Positions 1-12,748 of a stretch of DNA of 64,000 nt are shown here, piece by piece. How positions within the stretch are numbered: the first letter of the stretch is position 1; the number at the start of each line of letters is the position of its first letter. Position numbers and translations under genes: made by a program. The notes beneath the pieces are model-generated. The model was not told the DNA's origin. It saw only the letters and a program-made list of their open reading frames with translations, and did no database searches. Where the stretch lies: the NCBI GenBank assembly GCA_030390025.1, contig JASTWF010000558.1:124001-188000 (forward strand). Reading direction: 5' to 3'. The stretch is from Squalus acanthias (Eukaryota).

Positions 1-190
1 TGCTCAAAATTATGTTTTGCTGGAAGTGTGTGCATGTGGACAAAATTGAACTGTGCTTTGGTGATAGTCTGGCAAGACTCACTGTCAAGTCCCACACATG
101 ATTATTTGCCACGTGGCAAGATACTGGAGAATGGGTGGTGTCCAAGGAACTGTACCCTAGCAATGTCTTTCAGAGAAGAGAGGAGTAAAT
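1..190 (+). mobile_element. 3' part of a tRNA-derived SINE (AmnSINE2-like shark family)
   Basis: Similar to the copies at 43015-43400 and (reverse) 42335-42755: tgctggaagtgtgtgcatgtggac...actcactgtc...ttcagagaagag. Confidence 0.55.
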
Positions 191-649
191 AAGTTGGCAT
201 GAGGAAATATATGTGCTATTACTGTTCTTCATTTTCCTTTTTTTTTTAAAAAAGGTGCTATGCATCTGAAATAAGATTACAGACTATGAACTCATTGTGT
301 TCTTTAATGAGGCTGTACTGAATTGCACACTGTGGTGAGATATGTGACCTGGGTGTGTGTGCAAGAGCTAAGAGATCTGGTCTTGCAAATAATACATACT
401 GAGGTTTGACTGCTTCATGGTGGCTGATAGCTGTAGTCTGCATATTAAAGCTCTGGTTTTAACCACTCTGAACATGTGGTTGAGGCAAGGTGGTAATGTG
501 CACTCAATGCTCCCAAGCTGCAGCAGATGATTTGGAGGCACACAGCTGCAAAAGGGACGTTTCAAAAATTAACATCAGAAGGCATTTAGGCAGCACAATA
601 GAATGGCGTGCCAGATGGGAGGGTACAGTTGTGTGCGCTAGATACCCAA

Positions 650-735
650 ACATAAGAACATAAGAAATAGGAGCAGGAGTAGGCCATTCGGCCCCTCATG
701 CCTGCTTCGCCATTCAATAAGACCATGGCTGATGA
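650..735 (-). mobile_element. CR1 LINE 3' tail fragment
   Basis: (aacataag)n tail followed by ggccattcggcccctc...ccattcaataagaccatggctgat. Confidence 0.75.
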
Positions 736-1499
736 GATTCCAATCTCAGTTGATGGAAGCCGGCAAGCAGAAGACTGGAGACAAGTACGGATGATGCTCT
801 TGCACAAAAATGCGATAGAATCACTAGTATTTGCTCTCCCATCACCCATTGATGGGAACTTACACAGATTGTCTTTGCAGGCATTCATTTTTTGAGTAGC
901 AAATCAGCTGTTGCATTGCAAATAGCCTGGTGGGCGATTACCTGACCAACATTTCGGAATCTCCTGGTTCACCAGCTTCCAATTATTTTTGCTATAATCT
1001 AATTGATTGCTGCAATCATGTGTCTTGCTATTCCATCGGACAACTGTTCCCAGACCATTGGGAAGTTGTGTGTGGGGGGGAGGGTAGTGGGGCAGGCTGA
1101 GTTTGAAATAATACCACATGGCAGTGAGTCTTAGGAATGTAAATTGTAGTAAGAAACATTTTAAGCAACTCATTAAATAGAGTTTCCTGTAATTAAATTA
1201 ATATATAAATGCATAATTCAAATGTAATTTTTTTAACTTTCACTCATTTTAAGAATGCTATCTGAAACAAATTTATACTGAATGAACATTCATATTTCAC
1301 TGACAGTATTAACTGGCATTGATTCAATGGATCCCACATAGTTATTGTTATGGTAAATTAAATGGGTCACCCAGGGTTATAATGGCATTTTAAAGGCTGG
1401 ATTATTATTGCATTCTGAATAACAATGCTCAGTGACATATCACTGAAAACCCCTATTTTGATTCTGCAGTGGACCAGCTGGCTTGTTAATGCACACAAA

Positions 1500-2005
1500 G
1501 TGTCAGTCTTGGCTCAGTGGTAGCACTCTTGTCTCTGAGTCAGAAGGTTGTGGGTTCAAAGCCAACTTCAGAGACTTGAGCACATAATCTAGGCTGACGC
1601 TCCAGTGTAGTACTGAGGGAATGCTACACTGTCAGAGGTGTTGTTTTTCAAATGACACATTAAATTCAGGCCGTCTGGAATCTCAGGTGGATGTAAAAGA
1701 TCCCATTGCACTATTCAAAGAAGAACAGGGAGTTCTCCCAGTTGTCCTAGCCAACATTTATCCCTCAACCAGGATTCAATAAGGTAAAGCATAGTAGACT
1801 CATGACAGTTTGGCCGAATGGCCTGTTTTTGTGCTGTAGGCTCACTGTAACTCGATATATATTATTGCTATTTCTGGGGCCTTGCTGTATGCAAACTGGC
1901 TGCTGCGTTTGTCTACATTGCAGCAGTGATTACACTTCATTGCCTGTAAAGCGCTTTGAAGGGATATGAAAGGTACTACATAAATAAATGCAAGTTCTTT
2001 CTTTC
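1500..2005 (+). mobile_element. DeuSINE (SacSINE1-like) tRNA-derived SINE
   Basis: A-box tggctcagtgg, B-box ggttcaaa, Deu-domain-like core aaagatcccattgcactattc...gtcctagccaacattta, L2-like tail aaatgcaagttctttctttc. Confidence 0.8.
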
Positions 2006-2654
2006 ACACAAAACTATTCCTCAGGATCTGATACCTTTATGTAGGTTCAAAGATTGAAATATTAAATTATGGTAATCTAAACTTCCTGTAATGAAAATAC
2101 CACGTAATGGAAAGAAGAAATCCTTTCATCTGATTGTTATTTTGAAATTTGCTAAATGCTGCTTGATCTGACTATCAAATTCATTCTCATTGTGTTGTCC
2201 ATGTTTAGTTACTTTATCTATAGGTTAGCCTCTCTGACATCCACAGAGTAGGAATGAAACAATCGAATGGAAATCATTTGTATATTTAAAAAAAAAGAAA
2301 ATTATTGCGGGGTGAATGGTGAATTAAGTGTTGTACTAGTTCAAAAATAGCCTAAACATTTGCTTTGTACTCCGTGTGGCTAACTAGAGTTTATTATGTG
2401 ACTTTAAAAAAAGTATATCGGGCAATATTCTTCTTTTAAATGGGCATTGGAGACCAAACATAAGTGGATAGTATTTTTTGTTTACTGACTAGTGATAAAG
2501 TAGAAAAAATACATACATTTTAGTAGTAAGGTTGCCCTGGTAAATTCAAGTATAGACACTGCATTATTGCACAAATGTATTGTTCAAACAAATATGTGAT
2601 AAATTTAGTGCAATTTTGGCTATTAGCCAAAGTGCCTTTATAATGTGAAAAAAA

Positions 2655-2850
2655 AAGAACTTGCATTTATAAATCGACTTTCACAACCTCAGGATGTCCC
2701 AAAGTGCTTTCACAGCCAGTGAAGTGTTTTGAAGTGTAGTCACTTTCTGGTCTAGCGGAATACAGCAGCCAATATGCGCACAGCCAGGTCCCACAAACAG
2801 CAATGAGATAAATGACTAGATAATCTTTTTAGTAATGTTGGTTAAGGAAT
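2655..2850 (-). mobile_element. DeuSINE/L2-type 3' fragment
   Basis: Reverse complement of the tail of the SINE at 1500-2005. Confidence 0.7.
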
Positions 2851-3254
2851 GGATATCTAATTCAAGGTACAGCAATAACCAACTTCTCATAAATTGACTC
2901 TCTTTTTTAAAGCAAAAAAGTGTTCCAAAATTCTTAATATGAAATGAAAATTTTTAGCATTGGAGGGAGTGGGCTGAGATCCTTTTGGGAAATGTGCACA
3001 TTGGCGCACAGCACTGGGAGTGATGTTTTCTAACAAGCTTTGCATTCACTGCACTTGGACTTTCCTCCTCAATTTGCTTTCACACTATCAGCTGAACACA
3101 GAAGTATGTTTTGATATCCAGTGGTAGAGTAATGGCTGTAAACATAAGTAAAAAGATGTGCAGAAAGTTTCACATTCTCCAATTGGACAGCCAAGTCTGA
3201 CAAGGGTATACCACCAAAGCCCTGTTCATTTTTTTTTCCGGTTTTCCAATTCTC

Positions 3255-3792
3255 TTCACTTTAAGAAGCATGTGAAGGCTTTGGAGAGGGTACAGAAGAG
3301 ATTTACTAGAATGGTTCCAGGGATGAGGGATTACAGTTACGAGGATAGACTAGAGAAGCTGGGGTTGTTCTCCTTGGAGCAGAGAAGGCTTAGAGAAGAA
3401 TTGATAGAGTTGTTTAAAATCATGAAGAGTTGTTTAAAATCATGAAGGGTTTCGATAGAGTAAATAAAGCGAAACTGTTTCCAGAGGCTGAAGGGTCAAT
3501 AACGAGAGGGCACAGATTTAAGGTGCTTGGCAAAGAACCAGAGGCGACATGAGGAAAAGCTTTTTTATGCAACAATTGGTTAGGATTTGGACAGCACTGC
3601 CTGATAGGGTGGTGGATACAGATTCAATAGTAGCCTTCAAAAGGGAATTGGATAAATACTTGAAGTAGAAAAAATTGCAGGGATATGGGGAAAGAGTGGG
3701 GGAGTGGGACTAACTGGATTGCTCTTGAAATGAGCCGACGCAGACTCGATGGGCCGAATGGCCTCCTTTTCTGTACTATTCTATGGTTCTAT
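3255..3792 (+). mobile_element. CR1 LINE 3' fragment
   Basis: ORF HFKKHVKALERVQKRFTRMVPGMRDYSYEDRLEKLGLFSLEQRRLR followed by the 3' UTR and attctatg-type tail. Confidence 0.9.
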
Positions 3793-3889
3793 AAAGAAAA
3801 TACAATCTGTGTTAGAAAAAAAATCACCACAAATATTGACTTAAAACAAATCTACCCTTTAACTAATACTTTTGGCAAAGTTGTATCTG

Positions 3890-5970
3890 CTAACTATATG
3901 GGGAGAAATGGCAAACTCGAGGAAACGGTTTAAAAGTGATTACCGTCTGGAATCCTTGAAATCGCAGGGAGGATATACTGAGGAATTTGTAGATGCTGAA
4001 GGTAGATAGGACCCTGTGCTGTGACAGCTTTCATCCCAGGGTTCTGATGGAGTTGGCTCAGGAGATTATGAATCCCCTCATTGATATTTTCCACAGCTCA
4101 TGTCCTGGAGGATTGGAAAGCACCAAACGTGATGTTTATTTTTAAAAAGGGGAATAAGGACAATCTGTCAAATGTACAGATTTTTAATCTTTACATCAAT
4201 TGGGGGGAAATTGTTTAAAACTACGATGAGGGATAGCATTAGGGCTCAGCTTGAGGGATGGGGTTTAATTAGAGATAGCCAGCATGGTTTTAGGAACAGC
4301 TTAAACAACCTATTATTAGATTTTTTTGAAGTTATGGACCCGCTGGATGATATTGTATACCTGGATTTCTGAAAGGCAATTGACACTGTCTCATATAACA
4401 AACTACTGCATAAGGTTTGGGTCCATGGACTGGATTCAAAATTGTCTGGTTGGTAGACAGCAACAAGTTGTAGTGCATGTTTGAGGTAGCTGGGTGGCAA
4501 CCAGCCATTGGTAATGTGCAATAGGGGTTGGTGTTGGGACTGCTGTTGTCTACATTTTTGATATAAATGGTTTTGAGAATGGAATCATATCTATGGTGTT
4601 CAAATTTGCAGGTGATACCAAATTGGGAACAGTGGCAAATGATGAATATCAATGTCTAAAAAGGATCTAGAGTAGCTAGGTCTGTGGGCAGAGCAGTTTA
4701 ATATAAAGAAGTTTAAAATTGAGATCCAGGAAGAGGTAAAACAGGATGAATTATGTGCCGAACGGAAATGGGTTTATGGTGTCACAGCAACAAAAAGTAT
4801 CTTGGGCTTTTGGTGAACAGGTTGCTTAAACTGTCAGGACTGTATTCACAGGCAGTTCAGAAGGAAAACAAAATATACGGATGTATAACTAGGGGTACAA
4901 CTTAAGTTGAGAGAGGCAATGCTAACATTATATCTGCCCTTGGTGAGACTGCAACTGGAGTACTACGCACAGTTTTGGGCCTAAAAATTCGGTTGCTTTG
5001 CGCCTCCCGTGAGCGCCCTAAGAGGGCGCTTACGGGATGCAAAGCAACTAGCGCCTGGGCGCGGTGTCGCCAACGCCTCCATGAAATTCAGCGGGAGGTT
5101 AGCGGCGGCGGTAACCGTTAGCGCCCCGTGGCAATGCGCCGCCGGTGATGATGTCATCGCCATGTGCAGCGCCCCGCTCGCGATCTTCGGTAGCGCCCCC
5201 TGACTTACCACCGGACGCTATGTCCGACGGGGTCAGGGGGGCCTACCTGCGGCCGGGGCGGCGCTAATTAAAGGTGAGCTGCCGGGCGGCCATTTTTGTT
5301 GCTGTCCGCCTGCCAGCACCTGCCCCCGTTGCCATCCCCTGGCCTCCTGACCAGCCCCCCCATAGAGTGCCGGCTGCGCTCCATGAGCCCGGCACTTCTC
5401 TTGAGTGCCGGGCTCTTTTGCCGGCACTCCGATCCCTGGTGGCCCAGCTGGGCCCCGGGTCGCGCTGCGCAAGGCCCCTCCCCTTTAAGAAGGGGAGGAA
5501 GGCCTGCAGTACCGCAGTGCGACGTGCTGCAGTGATATTCCCTTGCAGCGCCTCAAGAGGGAGGCGGGGCGCTTCCAGTAGCACCCCACTTCCCTCTTGG
5601 GGCGCTACCGATGAATTTCGGCTGCTAGAAGTAGCGCCCCGGCGAAGTTAGCACCCTAAAGGGGGCGCGATTCGATTTTTTCCCCCTTGGTCTCCCTATT
5701 TTATAAAATTATTGGATGGAGGGCTACTAAATTAATTCCTGAACTAAGTTCACTATCCTGGGACTTTCTTCTCTTGAAAAGAGAAGATTAAGAATTGACA
5801 GAAGCATTTAAGATTAATAGGGGTTTGAGAATGTGGATTCAGATAAGTTCTTCTGTTGTGTGTAAACTTCAAGAACAAGGGCTCATAGTTTCAAATTAAG
5901 GATAATAAAACAAAATGATAAATCAAGCCAAGTTTTTTTTAGTAAGAGGGTGATAAACGCGTGGAATGGG
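3890..5970 (+). mobile_element. Heavily degraded CR1 ORF2 (RT) fragment interrupted by a MITE
   Basis: Remnant peptides IRDSQHGF and DIVYLDF; cagttt|tggtctcc motif split by the insertion at 4978-5686. Confidence 0.8.
4978..5686. mobile_element. GC-rich PIF/Harbinger-type MITE
   Basis: Imperfect TIRs (ggcctaaaaattcg / cgattttttccccc), 3-bp TSD TTG (4975-4977, 5687-5689). Same family as 52507-53196, in the opposite orientation. Confidence 0.8.
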
Positions 5971-6321
5971 GAACTGGGTGGTACAGTGCGTTAGACATTG
6001 GCCATTCACCTCAGCAACCTGCATTCAAAGCAACCAAATTAAGATTTCGCATGTATGCTGGCTATGAGGGTCCTAGGTGAAATGTCAATCCACTGCCTAA
6101 TATGTATGGGCCTACAGCACAAAAAAATGTCCTAATTCGGTATCCATTTGACTGTGTCGATCAGACAGGCCTAAGGAAGGCTGGTGTGGGAAATGGAAGA
6201 AATAATAGGAACGTTCTTCTGAGATTGGGGATGAGGAACTTTAGTGGGGTTGAGTGAAAGGAGCTTTACTCTGCATCTAGCTGTGCTATATCTGACCTGG
6301 GTGTGCTCGATGCTGACACTA
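5968..6321 (+). mobile_element. Old tRNA-derived SINE, LF-SINE-like
   Basis: tRNA-like head ggggaactgggtggtacagtg...cattcacctc, then gtgaaatg, cacaaaa and ggagctttactctgcatctagctgtgct blocks resembling LF-SINE (from memory). Confidence 0.5.
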
Positions 6322-6954
6322 GGGCCCCGATTTCAACTCCAGCCTGCTTATGGGCAGGTGGGTGGTGAGGTGAGTTGGAAGCTTTGCCACTGCTGCAGAA
6401 ATCAGGCCCAGACTAATCACGGGCCTGATTAACACGCTGCTGTTCCACTTCCCGCCCGTTCTGGGAGGGAAATAGAGGAAAATCCTGTGACCTGGAGGCC
6501 GCTCGCCGACACAAGATACGTGACCGGATCAGGTTCCAGGGGCATCTCACTTGGGTCTCGTGTTCACAAAGAGGTGGGTGTGGGAGAGGGGAGACCTAAT
6601 CTTTTCTTGTGGGGCCCAGAGGAGCACTCTTGCTCCACAAAAACACTTGGCTTTAATGCCATCTTCTGGGGCTGATCCTCTTCTGTCCTGGGTTGGGGCA
6701 ATCGCAACGGCTTCCCTGCTCAATCCAGCAAAGCTTGCGGTGGGGGATGCTCTTTTTTTGCATATGCAAAAGGCCTGATACCTATTTCAGGATTGGGCAC
6801 TGCACGGCGATTTTTTTTTTTGACCTTTACTAATATGACAGGCGCCGCACTTCCGGCTTGTAATGAACGTGCATTTCCTGCCCACCATATTGGAGGCTTA
6901 GGAGGCCATTTAGCACCCGAAAAATGGGTGCTGTGCTGCCAAATTTCTAGGTCC
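6322..6954. mobile_element. Harbinger-type MITE
   Basis: Termini gggccccgatttc / aaatttctaggtcc; shares the gaggagcactc(c/t)tgctcc core with 16434-17028 and 21862-22510. Confidence 0.6.
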
Positions 6955-9385
6955 TGGTGTCAACAGATTCTAAACAATTTAAATGGGTCATTCTACCCAG
7001 TTGAGAATAACCTAGGCTAAAAGCCAGATAATTTAGTTTCCTCCAAACACGAAGGTCTTGCACACCATCAGAATATAGGGCTCCAGTATTAATTGATGGT
7101 AAAATGTAGAATTTTTTAAAAATCCTGTAAATGACAGCATTGTCCCATGCAACATCACTTCTGAGATGGCAGTATCTGGAACAGGGGTTGAAGCTGGTGT
7201 ACTGCCGCATAGTTATAAAAGTTTAATGGAATCTTAACTTTTCAACATTGAGGTGCTGCGAAACCCTGTACTGTCACCAACAGGAAAGGCGGAATGCATA
7301 CTGTAGTTTGCATGCTCTCAGTAACGAGAGCACCGTGCACTGTGCTACCAACAGCAGAGAAGTGAATCTGTTTCCTGAGTTGATAAAGAGCCATGAAGTG
7401 ATAGTGTGCTGATAACAGTAGGGATGCAAGTTTAGCTCCAACCTATGATCTCACTTCCTTCTCAAATGTTCCCTTATATAGTAAAGATTGGGTGAACAAA
7501 CAGCCCTAAGAGAGCAGTATTCATATTTGCATCAACTAATTTCACTTTGTTTCTTAATGTATGCATGACAACAAAGAAATATTACTTGAAGGATTTCTTT
7601 GCTGAAAGTGCGCATAATCAAAACATATTTCCACCATATTTATTGGCATGCACGTCAATATCTAGGTCATAAAGCATGTCCTTTGAAGTCGGCCATCTCT
7701 GAGTTTCCTGCAGTTACAACAGCTTACACTTTTTATTTTAAGAAGCTGAGAGAATCTCAGTTTCTTTTAGAGGAAGAAAGACCTTGTAGCTCACAAGTGA
7801 CAAAGTCACATATGAACTATTGTAAGACCTGTGCTCTTTAAGCAGAACCTGGACAGAGTGGGCTGTGCTAGATTTGGAATAACTATGGCACAGGTGGAGA
7901 CAGTGACCACAGTTACCAGTAATCAAAGTCTAAGCAAACCAATGCCATAAACCATTTAATTAATTACATTCACATAATCCATTAAAATACACACAATAAA
8001 CCCACGCCCTGCCAATGACATTTTCAGGCAGTACAGGGTTATTTCAACCTCAAAAATTACTTTTCTTTTATTATTTGTTCTTGGGATGTGAGTGAAGCTG
8101 GCAAGGTCACATTTATTGCAAACCCATTTCAATCACCATTCCTGAGCTTGGACTCAGAATCTGCAGGCCTATTTGTTTTTGGAACACAGCGTTCCCATCC
8201 CCTCCCTCCCCCCTTCCCCAAACAATTCTAGGGACTAATGTGACCTTGTCCTCTTCTGGGGAATGTGAAAATGGGCTCTCCCCAACTCTTGCACATATTA
8301 TTTTCTTCTGCAAATTTTTCTTTTTAATTAATCCACAATAACTGCATCACAAACGCCATCGGGGGGAATACTGCAGGCTTTTGGTTTAAAAATAAAGAGC
8401 ACAATTTATCTGTAATTTTTCAGCCAAACCCTCCAAACCTTTTTTTTATGAGGTCTGCCACATGTAGCTTAAGTATATGCTGGTTATGGCTGTTAGGGGC
8501 ATCTCACCTGAATGATCATGCTTAAAATGAATCACTGATTACATGTCAGCGCCTTGCAGTCAGTATCTGCTGTCGCTCATTGAATGGGAAAACAATTGTA
8601 AGCAGCTGGTGTGTTATTAGATGGATGCTTTGAATGATGATTGCGTTTCTGTGAAGCGCCTTGGTACATTTTCCTACGTTAAAGGCACAATATAAATGCA
8701 AGCTGTTATCACCCAGGAAAAGCGCACGGTATTGGTGGCAAGCTCTGTCTGCTAGATCGCTGTGTGACGGACTGATAAAATGATTTCTAGCAGTAACAAA
8801 ATTAAGGATCAGTTGCACGATTGGGAGATGCTGTTTCATTCTTGGGTTTTATTTTGGTAGGAGCAGCCTGCAGTATTCTTCTGGTACTTCCTGAGAACAT
8901 CCTACCACACTAGTCAGCTGTCGGTCTTTCATAGAAACCTACAAGGGACTGAAAAAAAGTTCCTTTGTACAAATTTTGAAAATAACAAATTATTTGAGGT
9001 TCTACTAACTGGCTTTTTTTTTTAAATCACCATTGTTAGTCAGAAAAAAGGTATTTTCATTCATCAACCCGAGAAGTGCACGGCACTAAAATAAAGGGAC
9101 TGCTGAATGCATACAGTTTCCTAATCTCTCATCGCTTCCTGTTGAAAATGGTAAAACTGACTTAAAAGTCCAACATACAACAAATAACAATAGAAGGGAG
9201 TAACTTAAGGGTTATACTTTAATTGCAGAGTTTCAACAAAGTTTATAAACTGCTAAAGATTTGTTACTGATAAAATTGGAGCACCCACTGTTCCCAGATC
9301 ATTCCCTATTGAGAGGTTCTCTGAGGCTAATCTGATGACGTTCCTTGAAAAGGTTAAAATGGATTATTCTAATCCTCAAAAATTT

Positions 9386-9421
9386 TATATATATATATAT
9401 ATATATAATATATATATATAT
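9386..9421. repeat. (AT)n microsatellite
   Basis: Direct reading. Confidence 0.9.
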
Positions 9422-10499
9422 GAACTGTTTTTTGGTGGTTGTTGGTTGGTTGAGTGCAGTTTGAGGCCTGGTGATTGCTTTTATTTTGTTGCACCTTTTT
9501 CTCTATTCCCTCAAAAAAGAAATAACCCTCCCGCCCCACCACCTGTGCTATTTAATTTTGATTGAGGGAGGGGGAACAGTCTGACACACAAACAACTCCA
9601 CTGGTTTTTGGGAGTACTGCCAGTCTCTCGCTGGACTTGCAGCAGGAGATTGAGAGCACTCTCGTGAAATTTCAGGACCCACGTACTTGAAAATGAGAAT
9701 TGGGAGAGATGTATAACGGGCGGCTGAATCAATATCGCCCGTTTTACACTAGCAGCCAAAGGCAAAATTACCCCAGCGTTAGTGCTCCTTTAAATGAGAT
9801 AGCATTAATGCAGTTCATCCCACCTCTGCAATGGCCTGCACCTAAACTACCTCTTCAAGCACAAGCAACCAAGATTGTGCGACTAAATCTTAAAATAAAA
9901 AAGAACAGCTGAGACTGTGCAATTGTACTGGGCAGGTCTCAGATGACAGGTGATGAAGCACAAACTCACATGTGGGGAACTGGCCATCTCATATCTAAGC
10001 ACAGTTTCAATGCTTATCTCATCCTAGGCAGGAAAGGCTAATGTTCTCAACTGAAGAGCAACATCTATTATCGTATTTTTGAAATACAGATGAAGAACAT
10101 GTGTCTAAAGCTTGATTCGCCTAAGAGATTTTATTGCATTCTCTGGGCCACCAGGACGCTTTTATACAAGTATCTTAGATAACCTACCTAGGACTTGGCT
10201 ATGCACTGTCAATTTTCAGTGGAAATGTTTAATTGCACACTTTGGGGCCAATGTTCCCAGCCCCTCTGTGACTCAGCACTGGACAAGGGCAGCGCACATG
10301 AATTGTGTTCCATCTGCCCAAGCCCAGGCCCTGTCCCTGGCCATTAACATGGCCTGGGGAAACTCCCAACTCAGCCTCGCCACTGGCTGGGCCTAGCGCT
10401 GGAAAGCGAAGCAGGAAACGCAGTGACCAGCTTTCCACTGGCATTAGGACCTTCGGGATGCTGCTGAAGAGTAGCAGCGAAAAGGCCCTAAGGCACGAA

Positions 10500-11010
10500 A
10501 AACATCCTGGGGAGTCGAAAAATAAATACCATCCCTTCTTTCCTAGGCGTGTTCAAGTGCCTTCATGTCCTCACCCCTCTCTATCTCTGTAATCTCCTCT
10601 AGCCCTACAACCTTCCGCGAACTCTGCGTTCCTCCATCTCTGGCCTCTTGTGCATTCCCACTTCCTTTGCCCTACCATTGGCAGCCGTGCCATCAGCCAT
10701 CTAGGCCCCAAGCTCTGGAATTCCCTCCATAAACTGCCCCATCTCTTTCTCCTCCTTTAAGACCCTCCTTAAAACCTACCTCTTTGACCAAGTTTTTAGT
10801 TACCCCTCAGTGTCAATTGTGCCTGATTATACTTCTGTGAAGTACCTTGGCATGTTTTCCTACATCAAAGGTGCTATATAATTGCAAGTTGTTCTACGTT
10901 TCCTACATTACAACAGTGATTACACTTCAAAAAGTACTTAATTGACTGTAAAGCGCTTTGGGATGTCCTGAGGTCATGAAAGGTGCTATATAAATGCAAG
11001 TCTTTCTTTC
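10500..11010 (+). mobile_element. L2-type LINE 3' end followed by a DeuSINE tail
   Basis: aagctctggaattccctcc...ctccttaaaacctacctctttgacc...gcaagttgtt, then a second tail ending gcaagtctttctttc. Confidence 0.7.
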
Positions 11011-11569
11011 TTTTACAAACAGCTCCCAAGACCCCAACAAACCCTCCATTCTGTGAAGATCTGAAACTCAGTGGAAGCATGTTTCTCATTCTTCCTCAAG
11101 CCTGTCCCTGAATCAATGTCTATGCTTTGTAGACCAGGTTATGTGCAATCCTCAGGATCTGCTGGGTCTGTGACGTTCTATAGTTTTATTTAAAAGCTTA
11201 ACATCAGAAATGATGTCACGGTACATCAGCAGCAACTCCTCTACTCCATCTGGTTTAGTTTCTGCTGCAGAGTTCCGTAGTGTGTTGAGAGTTTGCACTA
11301 GTGATGGTCATGGCAGTGTCACTTCTTGTTCACTCCTTTGCCAGCCTCCAAGCAGGATTAAGTGCATGAGGCAAGCATGGATCAACAAGGAGCTGCACTT
11401 TGCCGTGGAAGTGCTACAGCTGGCTTGTGAGACATGGGTTGGCCGCCGGAAAATAGGAGAAAGTTAGTGTTCATAACAAATGAGGTGATGTTTAAAAAAT
11501 ATATGTGGCTAAAATATCGTAATTTTTAGATTAATTGTTCTATATTAACTATTTAAAAGTATGAGGGAT

Positions 11570-12465
11570 AATAAAAACAGAAAATGCTGGAAATACTCAG
11601 CAGGTAGAGCAGTATCTGTGGAGAGAGAAACAGAGTTAACGTAGGAACAGGAATAGGCCATTCAGCCCCTCGAACCTGTTCCGCCATTCAATGAGATCAT
11701 GGCTGATCTGCGTATACTCCATATACCCGCCTTTGGCCCATATCCCTTAATACCTTTGGTTAACAAAAAGCTATCAATCTCCGATTTAAAATTAACAATT
11801 GATTTAGCATCAATTGCTGTTTGCGGAAGAGAGTTCCAAACTTCTACCACCCTTTGTGTGTAGAAATGTTTCCTAATTTCACTCCTGAAAGGTCTGGCTC
11901 TAATTTTTAGACTATGCCCCCCTATTCCTAGAATCCCCAACCAGCAGAAATAGTTTCTCTCTATCTACCCTATCTGTTCCCCTTAATATCCTGAAAACTT
12001 TGATCAGATCACCCCTTAACCTTCTAAATTCTAGGGAATACAACCCTAATTTGTGTAATCATCCTCGTAACTTAACCCTTGAAGTCCGGGTATCATTCTG
12101 GTAAACCTACGCTGCACTCCCTCCAAGACCAATATATCCTTCCTAAGGTGTGTTGCTCAGAACTGCTCACAGTACTCCAGGTGTGGGCTTTGTACAGCTG
12201 CAGCATAACTGGTACCTCCTTGTACTCTAGTCCTCTAGATATAAAGGCCAGCATTCCATTAGCCTTTTTGATTATTTTCTGTACCTGTTCATGATATTTT
12301 AATGATCTATGTACCTGAACCCCCAAGTCTCTTTGAACATCCACTGTTTTTAGCTTTTTACCATTTAGAAAGTTCCCTGTTCTATCCCTTTTAGGTCCAA
12401 AGTGGATGACCTCACATTTGCTTACATTGAAATCCATAACGTTTCAGGTTGATGACCTTTCGTCT
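11570..12465 (-). mobile_element. Penelope-like terminal-repeat fragment (hammerhead-bearing family) split by a CR1
   Basis: aaaacagaaaatgctggaaatactcagcagg...gagttaacgt (11570-11642) continues as taacgtttcaggttgatgacctttcgtc (12437-12465). Confidence 0.75.
11643..12436 (-). mobile_element. 5'-truncated CR1 LINE with 6-bp TSD TAACGT
   Basis: ORFs MDFNVSKCEVIHFG...QRDLGV and RKHFYTQRVVEVWNSLP; TAACGT at 11637-11642 and 12437-12442. Confidence 0.92.
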
Positions 12466-12697
12466 TATAAATGCATGAGGGGGTTGGAGAGGAGCCTGGG
12501 TTTTGATCTGGTTATTCACACCTCTCAGGAGATTACATGGTGGGTGTAGAGTGTATGTATCATGATTAATATGGCGTCACAACTGTGTGGTGCAAGTTGG
12601 ATGGGCCAGTAGATCTATTCCTGTCTGGTTTCATTTAATTGTAAGATATTTCCGAATCATAGGTGGCTGACATATTATTTTTTTCTTTACATTTCAG

Positions 12698-12748
12698 GCC
12701 TTGACACTGTGGAGGGCATTTGTGCTGCCTGTTCGAGTCCCTGCCAAG
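12698..12748 (+). CDS. CARMIL2: CARMIL-family coding exon (probable exon 3, PH domain): ALTLWRAFVLPVRVPAK
   Basis: Pyrimidine tract + ttcAG acceptor, AAG|GTAAGC donor, 51 nt, phase 0-0. Peptide resembles CARMIL3 ALTSWRLHLFLLKVPAK and CARMIL2 ALLRWRAYLL. Confidence 0.88.

Noticed and set aside
1508-1570. tRNA gene
   Set aside because: The A and B boxes belong to a SINE head; there is no complete cloverleaf.
4981-5651. Cluster of GC-rich ORFs or a CpG-island promoter (also 52594-53300)
   Set aside because: Fully explained by a TIR- and TSD-bounded MITE present in two copies.
9332-9350. CTGATGA...GAAA hammerhead-like spacing
   Set aside because: The intervening cgttcctt cannot form stem II.
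1-12697. CARMIL exons 1-2
   Set aside because: No segment with matching peptide and splice sites found by eye; probably upstream of the window.
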